Assembly: GCA_963836755.1 (NCBI GenBank)
Contig: CAWIKF010000002.1
Span: forward strand, 1,408,001-1,472,000
DNA length: 64,000 bases
From: an uncultured Verrucomicrobiae bacterium
GTDB taxonomy: Bacteria > Verrucomicrobiota > Verrucomicrobiia > Chthoniobacterales > Chthoniobacteraceae
Direction: 5' to 3'
The position numbers were made by a program, and so were the translations under genes. Of the stretch, positions 51,054-58,753 are shown in pieces (position 1 is the first letter of the stretch; the number at the start of each line of letters is the position of its first letter). A model generated the notes under the pieces. The model worked only from the letters and a program-made list of their open reading frames with translations, was not told the origin of the DNA and did not search any database.

Positions 51054-51323
51054 ATGCCGCTTTCCAGCTTTCACAACCGAGACATGGACGAAAGTCCCTT
51101 CACAATCGGCGAATTTGTTGCCTACCTTTCTGAGTTTCCGCAACACCATGAGCTTCGTTTTATGGGCATGGACGGAGAGCTATTCTTTTCGCGCTTCAAG
51201 CAGCGGGGAGAAACGCTGGAAACCATTGAGTTTTACGAGCCAGCCCATGATGAAAACCAACAGGCCGGTGTAGAGCGCATTAGAAGACTAGAACGCGAGA
51301 TCAGGCGCTTAAAAGGTGAATGA
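51054..51323 (+). CDS. Small hypothetical protein
   Basis: 89-aa ORF in lysogeny cluster. Confidence 0.55.
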   Translation: MPLSSFHNRDMDESPFTIGEFVAYLSEFPQHHELRFMGMDGELFFSRFKQRGETLETIEFYEPAHDENQQAGVERIRRLEREIRRLKGE

Positions 51324-51387
51324 AAGGGCATTCGATTCCCGCTTCTGACGATTCTCCGACACTTCTCCCCTTAACTTTTTCATAGAC

Positions 51388-52383
51388 ATGACAAACACCA
51401 AGCGCCGGAAGCTTGTTTACAAACAAGCGATTTTTAACAAGCCGTTAAAGAAAACTCTCGAACAGCTGATCCGCGCGGCGATGAAAATTCGCAAAACCGC
51501 ATTGAGCCGGCGCTACCAGCCGACCGATGAAGAAAACCGGTTTAACCTGGTCAATTATCATCTCGCTCACGCCGCTCCAGAGGTTGCCGGAATGATCTAT
51601 GGCATTGAATTGATTGCCTACGAAGCCGGCAACGACCCCGGCGCAATCGCCCTCGATCCAAAAGCGGATCAACTGCCCATTGAGCAGCTTGTTAAACGTG
51701 GAGACACCCGCGAAGCCGTGGATGGTCTTCTCTATGCAGGTTTCCGTGGAGACCATGTCGTTTTGGTGCAGTCCCAGTCCCTCAAGAGCCTCCATTTGGA
51801 AATGTATCTCAACTGGCTTTTGCGCGAAACCGGCCAGATTGATCGCGAAAACGCCGTGGGATTGCTGGATCATAATCCACAGGCGAATCAAAAACATCCG
51901 CCCGCTGCGCGAGGGATTGTGGTGCGAGGTCCCCTTACAACAGTTGAACAAACCGTCATCGTCACATCTAACAAAGAAGCGGATGATGAAGTGCGCTCGA
52001 TTGTCATACGTCCCAAAACGCGTTCATGGGCTGCGGTGCGGGAGTATTTCAAAGACCTGATGGATTTTCCTGCCGAACTGAAAGGGGAAGACGCCTTTGT
52101 GGCCGCTTCGCTGCAAGTGGAAATCAAACTGGAATGGTTGCGCGCTAAAGCCGAAATGCACTCCGAACTTCTCGACAAAATGAGAGTGGCGTTGCGCCAC
52201 GTGGAAGATGAGTGCGATTACAAAATCAAAACGGATGAAGGCGAAATCACAAAGGACCAGATGAAACTTTTTGACGTTCAGAATATTATTTGGGGTAGAG
52301 TCCAGCCGGCATTTGATGACCTCTTTCCCCGCATGCTCACGTATGTCGCGAAGCTTGCCAAAGGTGGTAAGATTGAAATGTGA
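51388..52383 (+). CDS. Soluble hypothetical protein, possibly RexA-like
   Basis: 331 aa, lower GC, coupled to a 4-TM gene. Confidence 0.6.
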   Translation: MTNTKRRKLVYKQAIFNKPLKKTLEQLIRAAMKIRKTALSRRYQPTDEENRFNLVNYHLAHAAPEVAGMIYGIELIAYEAGNDPGAIALDPKADQLPIEQLVKRGDTREAVDGLLYAGFRGDHVVLVQSQSLKSLHLEMYLNWLLRETGQIDRENAVGLLDHNPQANQKHPPAARGIVVRGPLTTVEQTVIVTSNKEADDEVRSIVIRPKTRSWAAVREYFKDLMDFPAELKGEDAFVAASLQVEIKLEWLRAKAEMHSELLDKMRVALRHVEDECDYKIKTDEGEITKDQMKLFDVQNIIWGRVQPAFDDLFPRMLTYVAKLAKGGKIEM

Positions 52384-52871
52384 AGTTCCGGCGCCTACTT
52401 CCTTCCCTTGGAGTAGCTGCATTCGGAGGAATCTGTGGCTGGTATTTGCTTCCTCTGGTCGCTGAAAAAACGACGACTGACGCCCTGAAATTATCGGCTG
52501 TGATTTTCACTCTATCCGCCGCTTTTTTTTGGCAGTTGGTGAGAGAGTTTAAACAACTGCGCGCCACGGCTATGACCATGGACCCGCTTCGGCATCGGAA
52601 ACTTCTTGCCCGGATTACAGAGGTTCGCCGGAGAAGCTGGACCAAGTTTTTTCTGGGTGCCTCGGCTACGATCGCTATTGCCGTAACTGCATTTCTGCCC
52701 CATTCGCGTATTTTGCTCGCGATAGGCGGCGCCGCATTTTTTTTGGTGCTGTGGAGCTTTTTCTCCCTGCTCTTGAATTACTTTACGATCGAAAAACAAA
52801 CGGAGCGGTTTGACGAAGAAGAAAGAGAGCGGGATCGCCGCGATAAGTTCCTGCACGGAATCTCCGGCTAG
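52380..52871 (+). CDS. 4-TM membrane protein, possibly RexB-like
   Basis: Two hydrophobic hairpins in 163 aa; GTGA overlap. Confidence 0.6.
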   Translation: MKFRRLLPSLGVAAFGGICGWYLLPLVAEKTTTDALKLSAVIFTLSAAFFWQLVREFKQLRATAMTMDPLRHRKLLARITEVRRRSWTKFFLGASATIAIAVTAFLPHSRILLAIGGAAFFLVLWSFFSLLLNYFTIEKQTERFDEEERERDRRDKFLHGISG

Positions 52872-53062
52872 AAAAAGCGCCGTAGGATCACCGCAGTCAG
52901 CTCCGCGTTTGCAGCGAGGGCTTTTTGCAGGCGCTCCCGCGTGGTCAGCTTTGCCGGCGCATTGAACGGGTTGTGGTCGCTATCGACCATCTCCCAAAGC
53001 GCGCGGTTGAATGCCTCCACCTGCTCGAGCGCAGCGGCGGGACTAATGACATCTTTTTCCAA
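52868..53062 (-). CDS. Small hypothetical protein
   Basis: 64-aa helical ORF. Confidence 0.4.
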   Translation of the reverse strand: MEKDVISPAAALEQVEAFNRALWEMVDSDHNPFNAPAKLTTRERLQKALAANAELTAVILRRFF

Positions 53063-53171
53063 AGCACGGTTGTTTTACACTTGTAGAGAGGGCAAAGCAA
53101 GGTGCTCTTTCCGCAGCATTCGCGCGGTGAAATGACGGCACGGCAGGGCGCGGGCAAGCTGGCTTTTTTGC

Positions 53172-53504
53172 ATGGCATTCAATCCGGAATTTTCAATCGG
53201 CTCCATCGCCGCCATTGGCACATCCCTCCTCGGTTACGGGATGGTTCTCTTGCGGGTCGGCACCTTTAACGGAGTTTCAATCCAGCGCTTTGAAACAAAC
53301 GCCCTCGCGATCAACGAGGTGAAGGCCGACGTGGATGCGCTGCGCAGTGAGCGCGACGCGGCCACGAACAATTTGCGCGAGGAAATCCGCTCTCTCAACA
53401 CCTCCATCTCCGCCGCGCTCCAGGACAACGCGCGCGCGATCGGCCGACTCGAGGGCGCAAACGACCTCGCGAAGCAAATCGCCCAATCCCTGCGCCACTC
53501 ATGA
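53172..53504 (+). CDS. TM + coiled-coil protein (Mu gp25-like)
   Basis: Architecture and position before gp26-like gene. Confidence 0.6.
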   Translation: MAFNPEFSIGSIAAIGTSLLGYGMVLLRVGTFNGVSIQRFETNALAINEVKADVDALRSERDAATNNLREEIRSLNTSISAALQDNARAIGRLEGANDLAKQIAQSLRHS

Positions 53505-53764
53505 TAAGCGAACAGCAACGCCGTGAAGAATGCCGGCGCGAGGTGCGCGCTTTTTTGGTGCGGCGCCAGAAACTCGCCTTTTGCGCGGAATCCGTTCACC
53601 GCCGCTTGAAAATCGAAAACGATTTCTCGCTCGAGGAGATCGAACAGGCGCTCACGCTGCTCGCCGGGCTGGGGCAGTGCACCGCAACGCCGGAGGAGCT
53701 CGGCGCGACTTTGTTTTACCAGGCGACCAGCGCCGGTGTGCTGGCGGAGGAACGCGCGCAGTGA
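53501..53764 (+). CDS. Mu gp26-like winged-helix protein
   Basis: IEQALTLLAGLG...ATSAG. Confidence 0.6.
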   Translation: MISEQQRREECRREVRAFLVRRQKLAFCAESVHRRLKIENDFSLEEIEQALTLLAGLGQCTATPEELGATLFYQATSAGVLAEERAQ

Positions 53765-53991
53765 AAACGATTGTGTTACAACTCATCGGCGACCAGGCGG
53801 GGAACCTTTCAAGCATGCGCGCGGCGATGTTGCTCGGGCTCGTGATCGTGCTCGGCGCGTGGCTCGTCGTGAGCATCCACCAGCACGCGCTGCAAAACCT
53901 TCCCGACAACATTCTTTACCTCTTGATCGCGCTGATTAGCGGCAAGGCGGTGCAAAAATTCGGCGAAACGCCGCCTGTAAAACAACCGTAA
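53761..53991 (+). CDS. Putative holin
   Basis: SSMR start of 2-TM segment, GKAVQKFGE end. Confidence 0.65.
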   Translation: MKTIVLQLIGDQAGNLSSMRAAMLLGLVIVLGAWLVVSIHQHALQNLPDNILYLLIALISGKAVQKFGETPPVKQP

Positions 53992-53996
53992 CTATT

Positions 53997-54233
53997 ATGT
54001 CCAAAACCATTTCTGCCAGAGTCTCCGCACTGCTCATCGCGCTCGCTTTTTTTCTCGCGTGCCTTTTCGCGTTCCTGTTTTCCGGCTGCGCGGCGAGCTC
54101 GGCGGTCGATACCGATTTTCGCCGCAAGGTGCAAAGCGACACCACCAGCGTGAACGCCACCTATGACCCGCAGACCGGCGGCGCCGGCGGCCAGCTCACG
54201 AACACGATCATCTTTCGCGATCCATCCAAATGA
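53997..54233 (+). CDS. Small lipoprotein, possible spanin
   Basis: Hydrophobic stretch then FSGC; in lysis cluster. Confidence 0.55.
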   Translation: MSKTISARVSALLIALAFFLACLFAFLFSGCAASSAVDTDFRRKVQSDTTSVNATYDPQTGGAGGQLTNTIIFRDPSK

Positions 54234-54979
54234 ACTATTCCGCTCCGGTTTCCGTTTCCCACGATCACTTTGCCGCGGACTCGCTCCGGCTCGAGGCGGT
54301 GACAGTCTGCGTCGGCTTTGACGATCTGCTTGATGCCACGCTTGCGCTCAACACCGCGCACGTCGATCACTTCATCGTCGTAACTTCCCATGCGGACGTT
54401 GCGACACAGGCCGTCGCTCGCAAGCACAGCGCGACGTGCGTGCAGACCGATTTGTTCCAGAAAAACGGCCGGCATTTCAACAAAGGCGCGGCGATCAATG
54501 CCGGCTTCGACTATTTCCAATATCACGGCTGGCGTCTCCATCTCGATTCCGACATCGCGCTTCCGGATAACTTTCGCCGGGTGCTCTTTAATCACACGCA
54601 TCTTGAGCAAAGCTGCATCTACGGAGCTGACCGGCTCGACGTGATCGGCCTCGACGCTTTGGACGCGGCGCGCCGGCAGCCCCAGCACGCGCACGCGTGC
54701 CTGGTCGATCCGCAGCCGCGTTCGCTTTGCGCACGGTATGTCGATCCGCTGCGCGGCTATTGCCCAATCGGGTTTTTCCAGCTTTGGCATGCGCGCGCGC
54801 ACAAGCAATATCCGTGGAGCCTGGGCAGCGCCGCGCATGACGATGTGATGTTCAGCGCGGCATGGCCGCACGCCTGTCGCCGCTTGCTGCCGAGCGTGAT
54901 CGTCCAGCATCTTTGCGCCGCGCCTCCTCAATGGGGTGAGAATTGGGAAGGTCAGCGCCGCCAACCGCGCGTCGATTAA
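54230..54979 (+). CDS. GT-A fold glycosyltransferase
   Basis: FNKGAAINAG, LHLDSDI (DxD), GFFQLW, DD.F. Confidence 0.75.
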   Translation: MNYSAPVSVSHDHFAADSLRLEAVTVCVGFDDLLDATLALNTAHVDHFIVVTSHADVATQAVARKHSATCVQTDLFQKNGRHFNKGAAINAGFDYFQYHGWRLHLDSDIALPDNFRRVLFNHTHLEQSCIYGADRLDVIGLDALDAARRQPQHAHACLVDPQPRSLCARYVDPLRGYCPIGFFQLWHARAHKQYPWSLGSAAHDDVMFSAAWPHACRRLLPSVIVQHLCAAPPQWGENWEGQRRQPRVD

Positions 54980-54980
54980 A

Positions 54981-55580
54981 ATGAGTTTCGACATCGCGAG
55001 CCTGAGTCCGGAATACGTGCGGTTGTTTAACACCTGCCAGCCGCGCGACACGGCTGCGGTGGAAAAAATCGCCGCGCGCTTTCCTAGCGTCGCTTCCTAC
55101 TACGATGCCGCTTCCGTGCTGACCGGCGTGCCGGTGTATGTGATTTTTTTGCTTCATCACATGGAGTGCGATTTGTCGTTTTCACTTCACCTGCACAACG
55201 GCGACAGCCTGCGGCGCAAAACGGTGAATGATCCCGCGGGACGGCCTCCGGTGTGGGAGCCATCGGAGCCGCCGACGCATGAGGATTGGTCGCGTAGCGC
55301 AGTCGATGCCTTGCGTTACGACCGGCTCGATCAAATCAATCCCTGGGATGTCGCCGGCATCGCCTACGGCCTTGAGAAATTTAACGGATGGGGTTACCGC
55401 AGCCACGGAATCAACGATCCTTATCTTTGGAGCGGCTCCAACCATTACGAGCGCGGAAAATATGTTAGCGACGGCCATTTCGACCCTGACGCGGTGAGCT
55501 CGCAGGTCGGCGCGATGGTGGTTTTGGCGGCGCTCTGCAAATCCGACCTGGTCGCGCTGCCGGCAATTGCAATCCCATGA
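54981..55580 (+). CDS. Lysozyme-like endolysin
   Basis: HHMEC...HLHNGD, EKFNGWGY, PYLWSG..Y..GKYV.DG. Confidence 0.85.
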   Translation: MSFDIASLSPEYVRLFNTCQPRDTAAVEKIAARFPSVASYYDAASVLTGVPVYVIFLLHHMECDLSFSLHLHNGDSLRRKTVNDPAGRPPVWEPSEPPTHEDWSRSAVDALRYDRLDQINPWDVAGIAYGLEKFNGWGYRSHGINDPYLWSGSNHYERGKYVSDGHFDPDAVSSQVGAMVVLAALCKSDLVALPAIAIP

Positions 55581-55909
55581 ACCTCTCCGGCCTCGAGTCG
55601 CTTTCCATGATCGAGCTGCGGGACCTGGGCCTGCGTGTGCGCAACCTGCTTTCGCACCGCATCATGTCAGACCCCGACCACTCGATTGCAGCGTTGAATG
55701 GCTTGAAAGCGGAGGATCATCCCGCCGTGGAACCGGACCCGGTCATTTGCAGCGTGCTTGGCCGCGACTCGGGCTGTCCCTACTGCCGCGAGGCGAGTGT
55801 GAGCTCGACGCTTAGTTTTTTCATCGCCTCGCCGGCGCAGGGTGAAGATGGATCGCTTGCGGAGACGCGCAGCTATGGTTGCTCCCGCAATCATTGGTGG
55901 AACGCGTAG
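55577..55909 (+). CDS. Small hypothetical protein
   Basis: 110 aa with CPYC and C..H. Confidence 0.5.
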   Translation: MNLSGLESLSMIELRDLGLRVRNLLSHRIMSDPDHSIAALNGLKAEDHPAVEPDPVICSVLGRDSGCPYCREASVSSTLSFFIASPAQGEDGSLAETRSYGCSRNHWWNA

Positions 55910-55976
55910 CAAGGTTCGCAGGCTTTGCGCCGTCGCGTGACCGGTGCACAGACGCGTGCAAGGCTCCGCGCCGCAA

Positions 55977-56627
55977 ATGCCCATCACGCGCAAAGGTAAA
56001 ATCGCCCGGCTTCCGTTCGCCATTCGCGAGCAGGTCAACCAGCGCCTGCTCGACAACGAAAACGGGCCGCGGATCATCGCGTGGATCAATGGGCAATGCG
56101 AACTCAAGGGGAGCGCGGCGATCAATGATGGCAACCTGAGCGAGTGGCGCGCGGGAGGCTTCGCGGACTGGCTTGAAAAGCGCGACAAAGTCGAACGCAC
56201 AAAAGCGCTCGCCGAATACTCACTGCGCATCGCGGAGGCGGGCGGCGGATCGATGAACCTGCCCGCGGCCATCGCCGGCGGCCAGATCATGGAAGTGCTC
56301 GAGGAGTTTGATCCGAGCGTCTTGAAAGTGATGCTCGCGCAGAACCCGGCGGCGTGGATGGAAATCCTGGACAAACTTTCAAAGCTCCAGCGCAGCAACG
56401 CGGATGAAAAAGTAGCGGCGCAAAACGATGTAAAACTTTCGCAAAACGAGCGGAAGCTCGCGCTCGATGAAGCGCGCTTTCAGCGCACCACGTGCGAGCT
56501 CTTCGTCAAATGGGCCGCGCGCGAGGAGGCGCTGCGCATCGCGCTCGACAAGTCTCTCAAGCCCGACGTGCAGATCGAGGGGTTGCGCGCGCTGATGTTT
56601 GGAAAGGTGGAAAATGCCTCCACGTAA
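55977..56627 (+). CDS. Terminase small subunit (Mu gp27/DUF3486-like)
   Basis: RKGKIARLP.AIREQVNQRL. Confidence 0.78.
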   Translation: MPITRKGKIARLPFAIREQVNQRLLDNENGPRIIAWINGQCELKGSAAINDGNLSEWRAGGFADWLEKRDKVERTKALAEYSLRIAEAGGGSMNLPAAIAGGQIMEVLEEFDPSVLKVMLAQNPAAWMEILDKLSKLQRSNADEKVAAQNDVKLSQNERKLALDEARFQRTTCELFVKWAAREEALRIALDKSLKPDVQIEGLRALMFGKVENAST

Positions 56628-57639
56628 AACATCGCCTCGCCAAAAACGGCGAGAGGATCCCGCCGAGGTGGCGGCTGGGCCAAAAGGCGGTCGGCGGACG
56701 GGCGAGCCATCGCTGCAAAAGGCGATTGCAGCTGGCGCTGATATGACGCCGCTGATCGTCCATCGCATCTACCAGCGCGAGGTTTTCCGGCAACAGCTCC
56801 GCCGTCTGTTTTTGCTTTGGGCGCGGCAGACGGGAAAAAGTTTCACGCTCGCGAGCGAGGCACTCGACCTGATGATGGCGACGCCCGGCGCGCTCGTGAC
56901 TTTCATCTCCGCGAGCATCGTGCTCGGCACGGAAATCCTGCTCAAGGAAGTGCAGATTTGGATGAAGTTTCTCGCGCTTTACCGCGAGGCTGCGGCGCAC
57001 GCTGGACTGAAACTCACCAGCACCGCGGATGGCCTGGACATAGACGACGTGGCCGATCTTTTCGAGCACAGCAAGCTCGAGACAAAATTGTGGCACAGCA
57101 ATTCCACCTGCTCGCGCTCGCGCGTAATCGCCCCGAACCCCGACACAGCGGTCGGTTGGACGGCGCACATCATTGGCGACGAAGTCGGCCGCTGGCCGAA
57201 TGCGCAGGACGTTTTTGAAGCGGTGATCCCGTTCATGAAAAGCAACCGCGGCTTGAAACTGCGGCTCGCAACCACGCCGCCGCCCGATGACAAGCACGTC
57301 ACCTTTGAGTGGTTCCTGCCGCCGCAGGAGGACTTTCCGGTCAACGCCAAAGGCAACTGGTTCAAGGCGCCGTGCGGGATTATGACGCACCGGCTAGACG
57401 CTTGGGATGCGTTCGCGGCAGACGTGCCGGTGTTTCATCCCGACACCGGCGCGGAGATCACGCCGGAGGAAGATCGCGCGCTCGCCGCCGACAAATCGGC
57501 GTGGGATCGCAACAACGCGTTGAAATTTCTTGCCGGCGGCACCGCTGCGGTGAGCCTCGCCTCGCTGCAACGCGCGATGGCGGCCGGTCGTGGCTTTTGC
57601 CTGGGCATCAACATCACGGAGCCAGTGGTTTTCGCATGA
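56614..57639 (+). CDS. Terminase large subunit, ATPase half
   Basis: YQRE, WARQTGKS, IIGDE, LATTP. Confidence 0.88.
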   Translation: MPPRKTSPRQKRREDPAEVAAGPKGGRRTGEPSLQKAIAAGADMTPLIVHRIYQREVFRQQLRRLFLLWARQTGKSFTLASEALDLMMATPGALVTFISASIVLGTEILLKEVQIWMKFLALYREAAAHAGLKLTSTADGLDIDDVADLFEHSKLETKLWHSNSTCSRSRVIAPNPDTAVGWTAHIIGDEVGRWPNAQDVFEAVIPFMKSNRGLKLRLATTPPPDDKHVTFEWFLPPQEDFPVNAKGNWFKAPCGIMTHRLDAWDAFAADVPVFHPDTGAEITPEEDRALAADKSAWDRNNALKFLAGGTAAVSLASLQRAMAAGRGFCLGINITEPVVFA

Positions 57640-58070
57640 ACCGGTTTTTTGACATCGCCGGCGATCTCTCCCGGCAGCTCGCACCGTGGGAGCTGAAGCG
57701 GCTGGGCATCAATCCGAAATTCGCGCACTTCCAGCTCTGCGAAGTGATCCGTTTCCGCAGTGACATCGCCGGCGGCGTGGTCCGCGTGCCGCTCGGTTTT
57801 ATTTCCGACCTCGCGTCGATTCCGCAGTTCGCCTGGTCAATCTTTATGGCCGCAGATGATCCGCGCATCGAGCTGGGCGCATGGGTCCACGATCGCCTTT
57901 ATTCGCGGGCGGGAAAAATCGTCCTGGAGGACGGGACGCGCATCACGCTCACGCGCGAGGAAGCCGACCGCATTCTCACGGAGGAAGCGATGCCCGAGCT
58001 GGAAGCGACGACCTTTCAACGAGCCTCAGTTTACCGCGCCCTACGCTGGTTTGGAGACCGCTGGAAATGA
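57636..58070 (+). CDS. DUF1353-like protein
   Basis: VPLGFISDLASIP, VHDRLY, REEADRI, YRALRWFG. Confidence 0.85.
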   Translation: MNRFFDIAGDLSRQLAPWELKRLGINPKFAHFQLCEVIRFRSDIAGGVVRVPLGFISDLASIPQFAWSIFMAADDPRIELGAWVHDRLYSRAGKIVLEDGTRITLTREEADRILTEEAMPELEATTFQRASVYRALRWFGDRWK

Positions 58071-58747
58071 CCCTCTCGCACGTTTTACCCGCAAACTGGC
58101 GCGACGTCTTCACGCGCGATCATCGCCGGATCGGCATCGGCGTTGATCCCGCGACGACCACGAAAAAAAAGAGCAACCCGAGCGCGATCGCCGTGATCCA
58201 GCAAGTGGGCCTCAGCTATTTTGTGCGCATCCTTTTGCGTTTCAAAACGAGCGACGATCGTGTGACCACCGGCTTAATCCACGAGCTCGCACTCGAGCTT
58301 CCGCATGGGCTGAAGGTGCGCCGGGTTTGCATCCTCGCGACCAATGAGCGTTTCTACGCCGGCCAGCTCCGGCGTTCGCTCGCGGGGAAGGTGCCCGTGG
58401 AGGCCGTGATCGAAAGCGAGGCGACTCAATACCTGGGCGAGCAGATGACCGTGAAAGCGTATCTCGGCAACCAGCTCGTCAACACGATTGATGACGGCTA
58501 CCTGCCGCTGCCTGATGAGAAATGGGTGCAGTCTGATTTTCGGCAGGTGGATCGCGACAAGGGGACTTTCAACGCGGAGCCCGATGAGAACGGCAACCAC
58601 GCGGACGGGTTTTGCGCGACTGGCGCGGGCCTGCACGCGCTGATCGGCCGCGGAGGTCCGGCGCAGGCGCGCGCGGTGACGACCGGCAGCTTCGGCGGCA
58701 GGAAATCGAGCGGCGGCTGGAAGAACCCGTATTTTTCAAAATTCTAG
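58067..58747 (+). CDS. Terminase large subunit, nuclease half
   Basis: IGIGVD and GNHADGFCA.G.GLHA. Confidence 0.82.
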   Translation: MTLSHVLPANWRDVFTRDHRRIGIGVDPATTTKKKSNPSAIAVIQQVGLSYFVRILLRFKTSDDRVTTGLIHELALELPHGLKVRRVCILATNERFYAGQLRRSLAGKVPVEAVIESEATQYLGEQMTVKAYLGNQLVNTIDDGYLPLPDEKWVQSDFRQVDRDKGTFNAEPDENGNHADGFCATGAGLHALIGRGGPAQARAVTTGSFGGRKSSGGWKNPYFSKF

Positions 58748-58753
58748 AAAATC

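Noticed and set aside
57636..58070. Intron, intein or homing endonuclease interrupting the terminase
   Set aside because: Insert is wholly a DUF1353-like ORF with ATGA overlaps; no non-coding intron core, splice residues or endonuclease motifs
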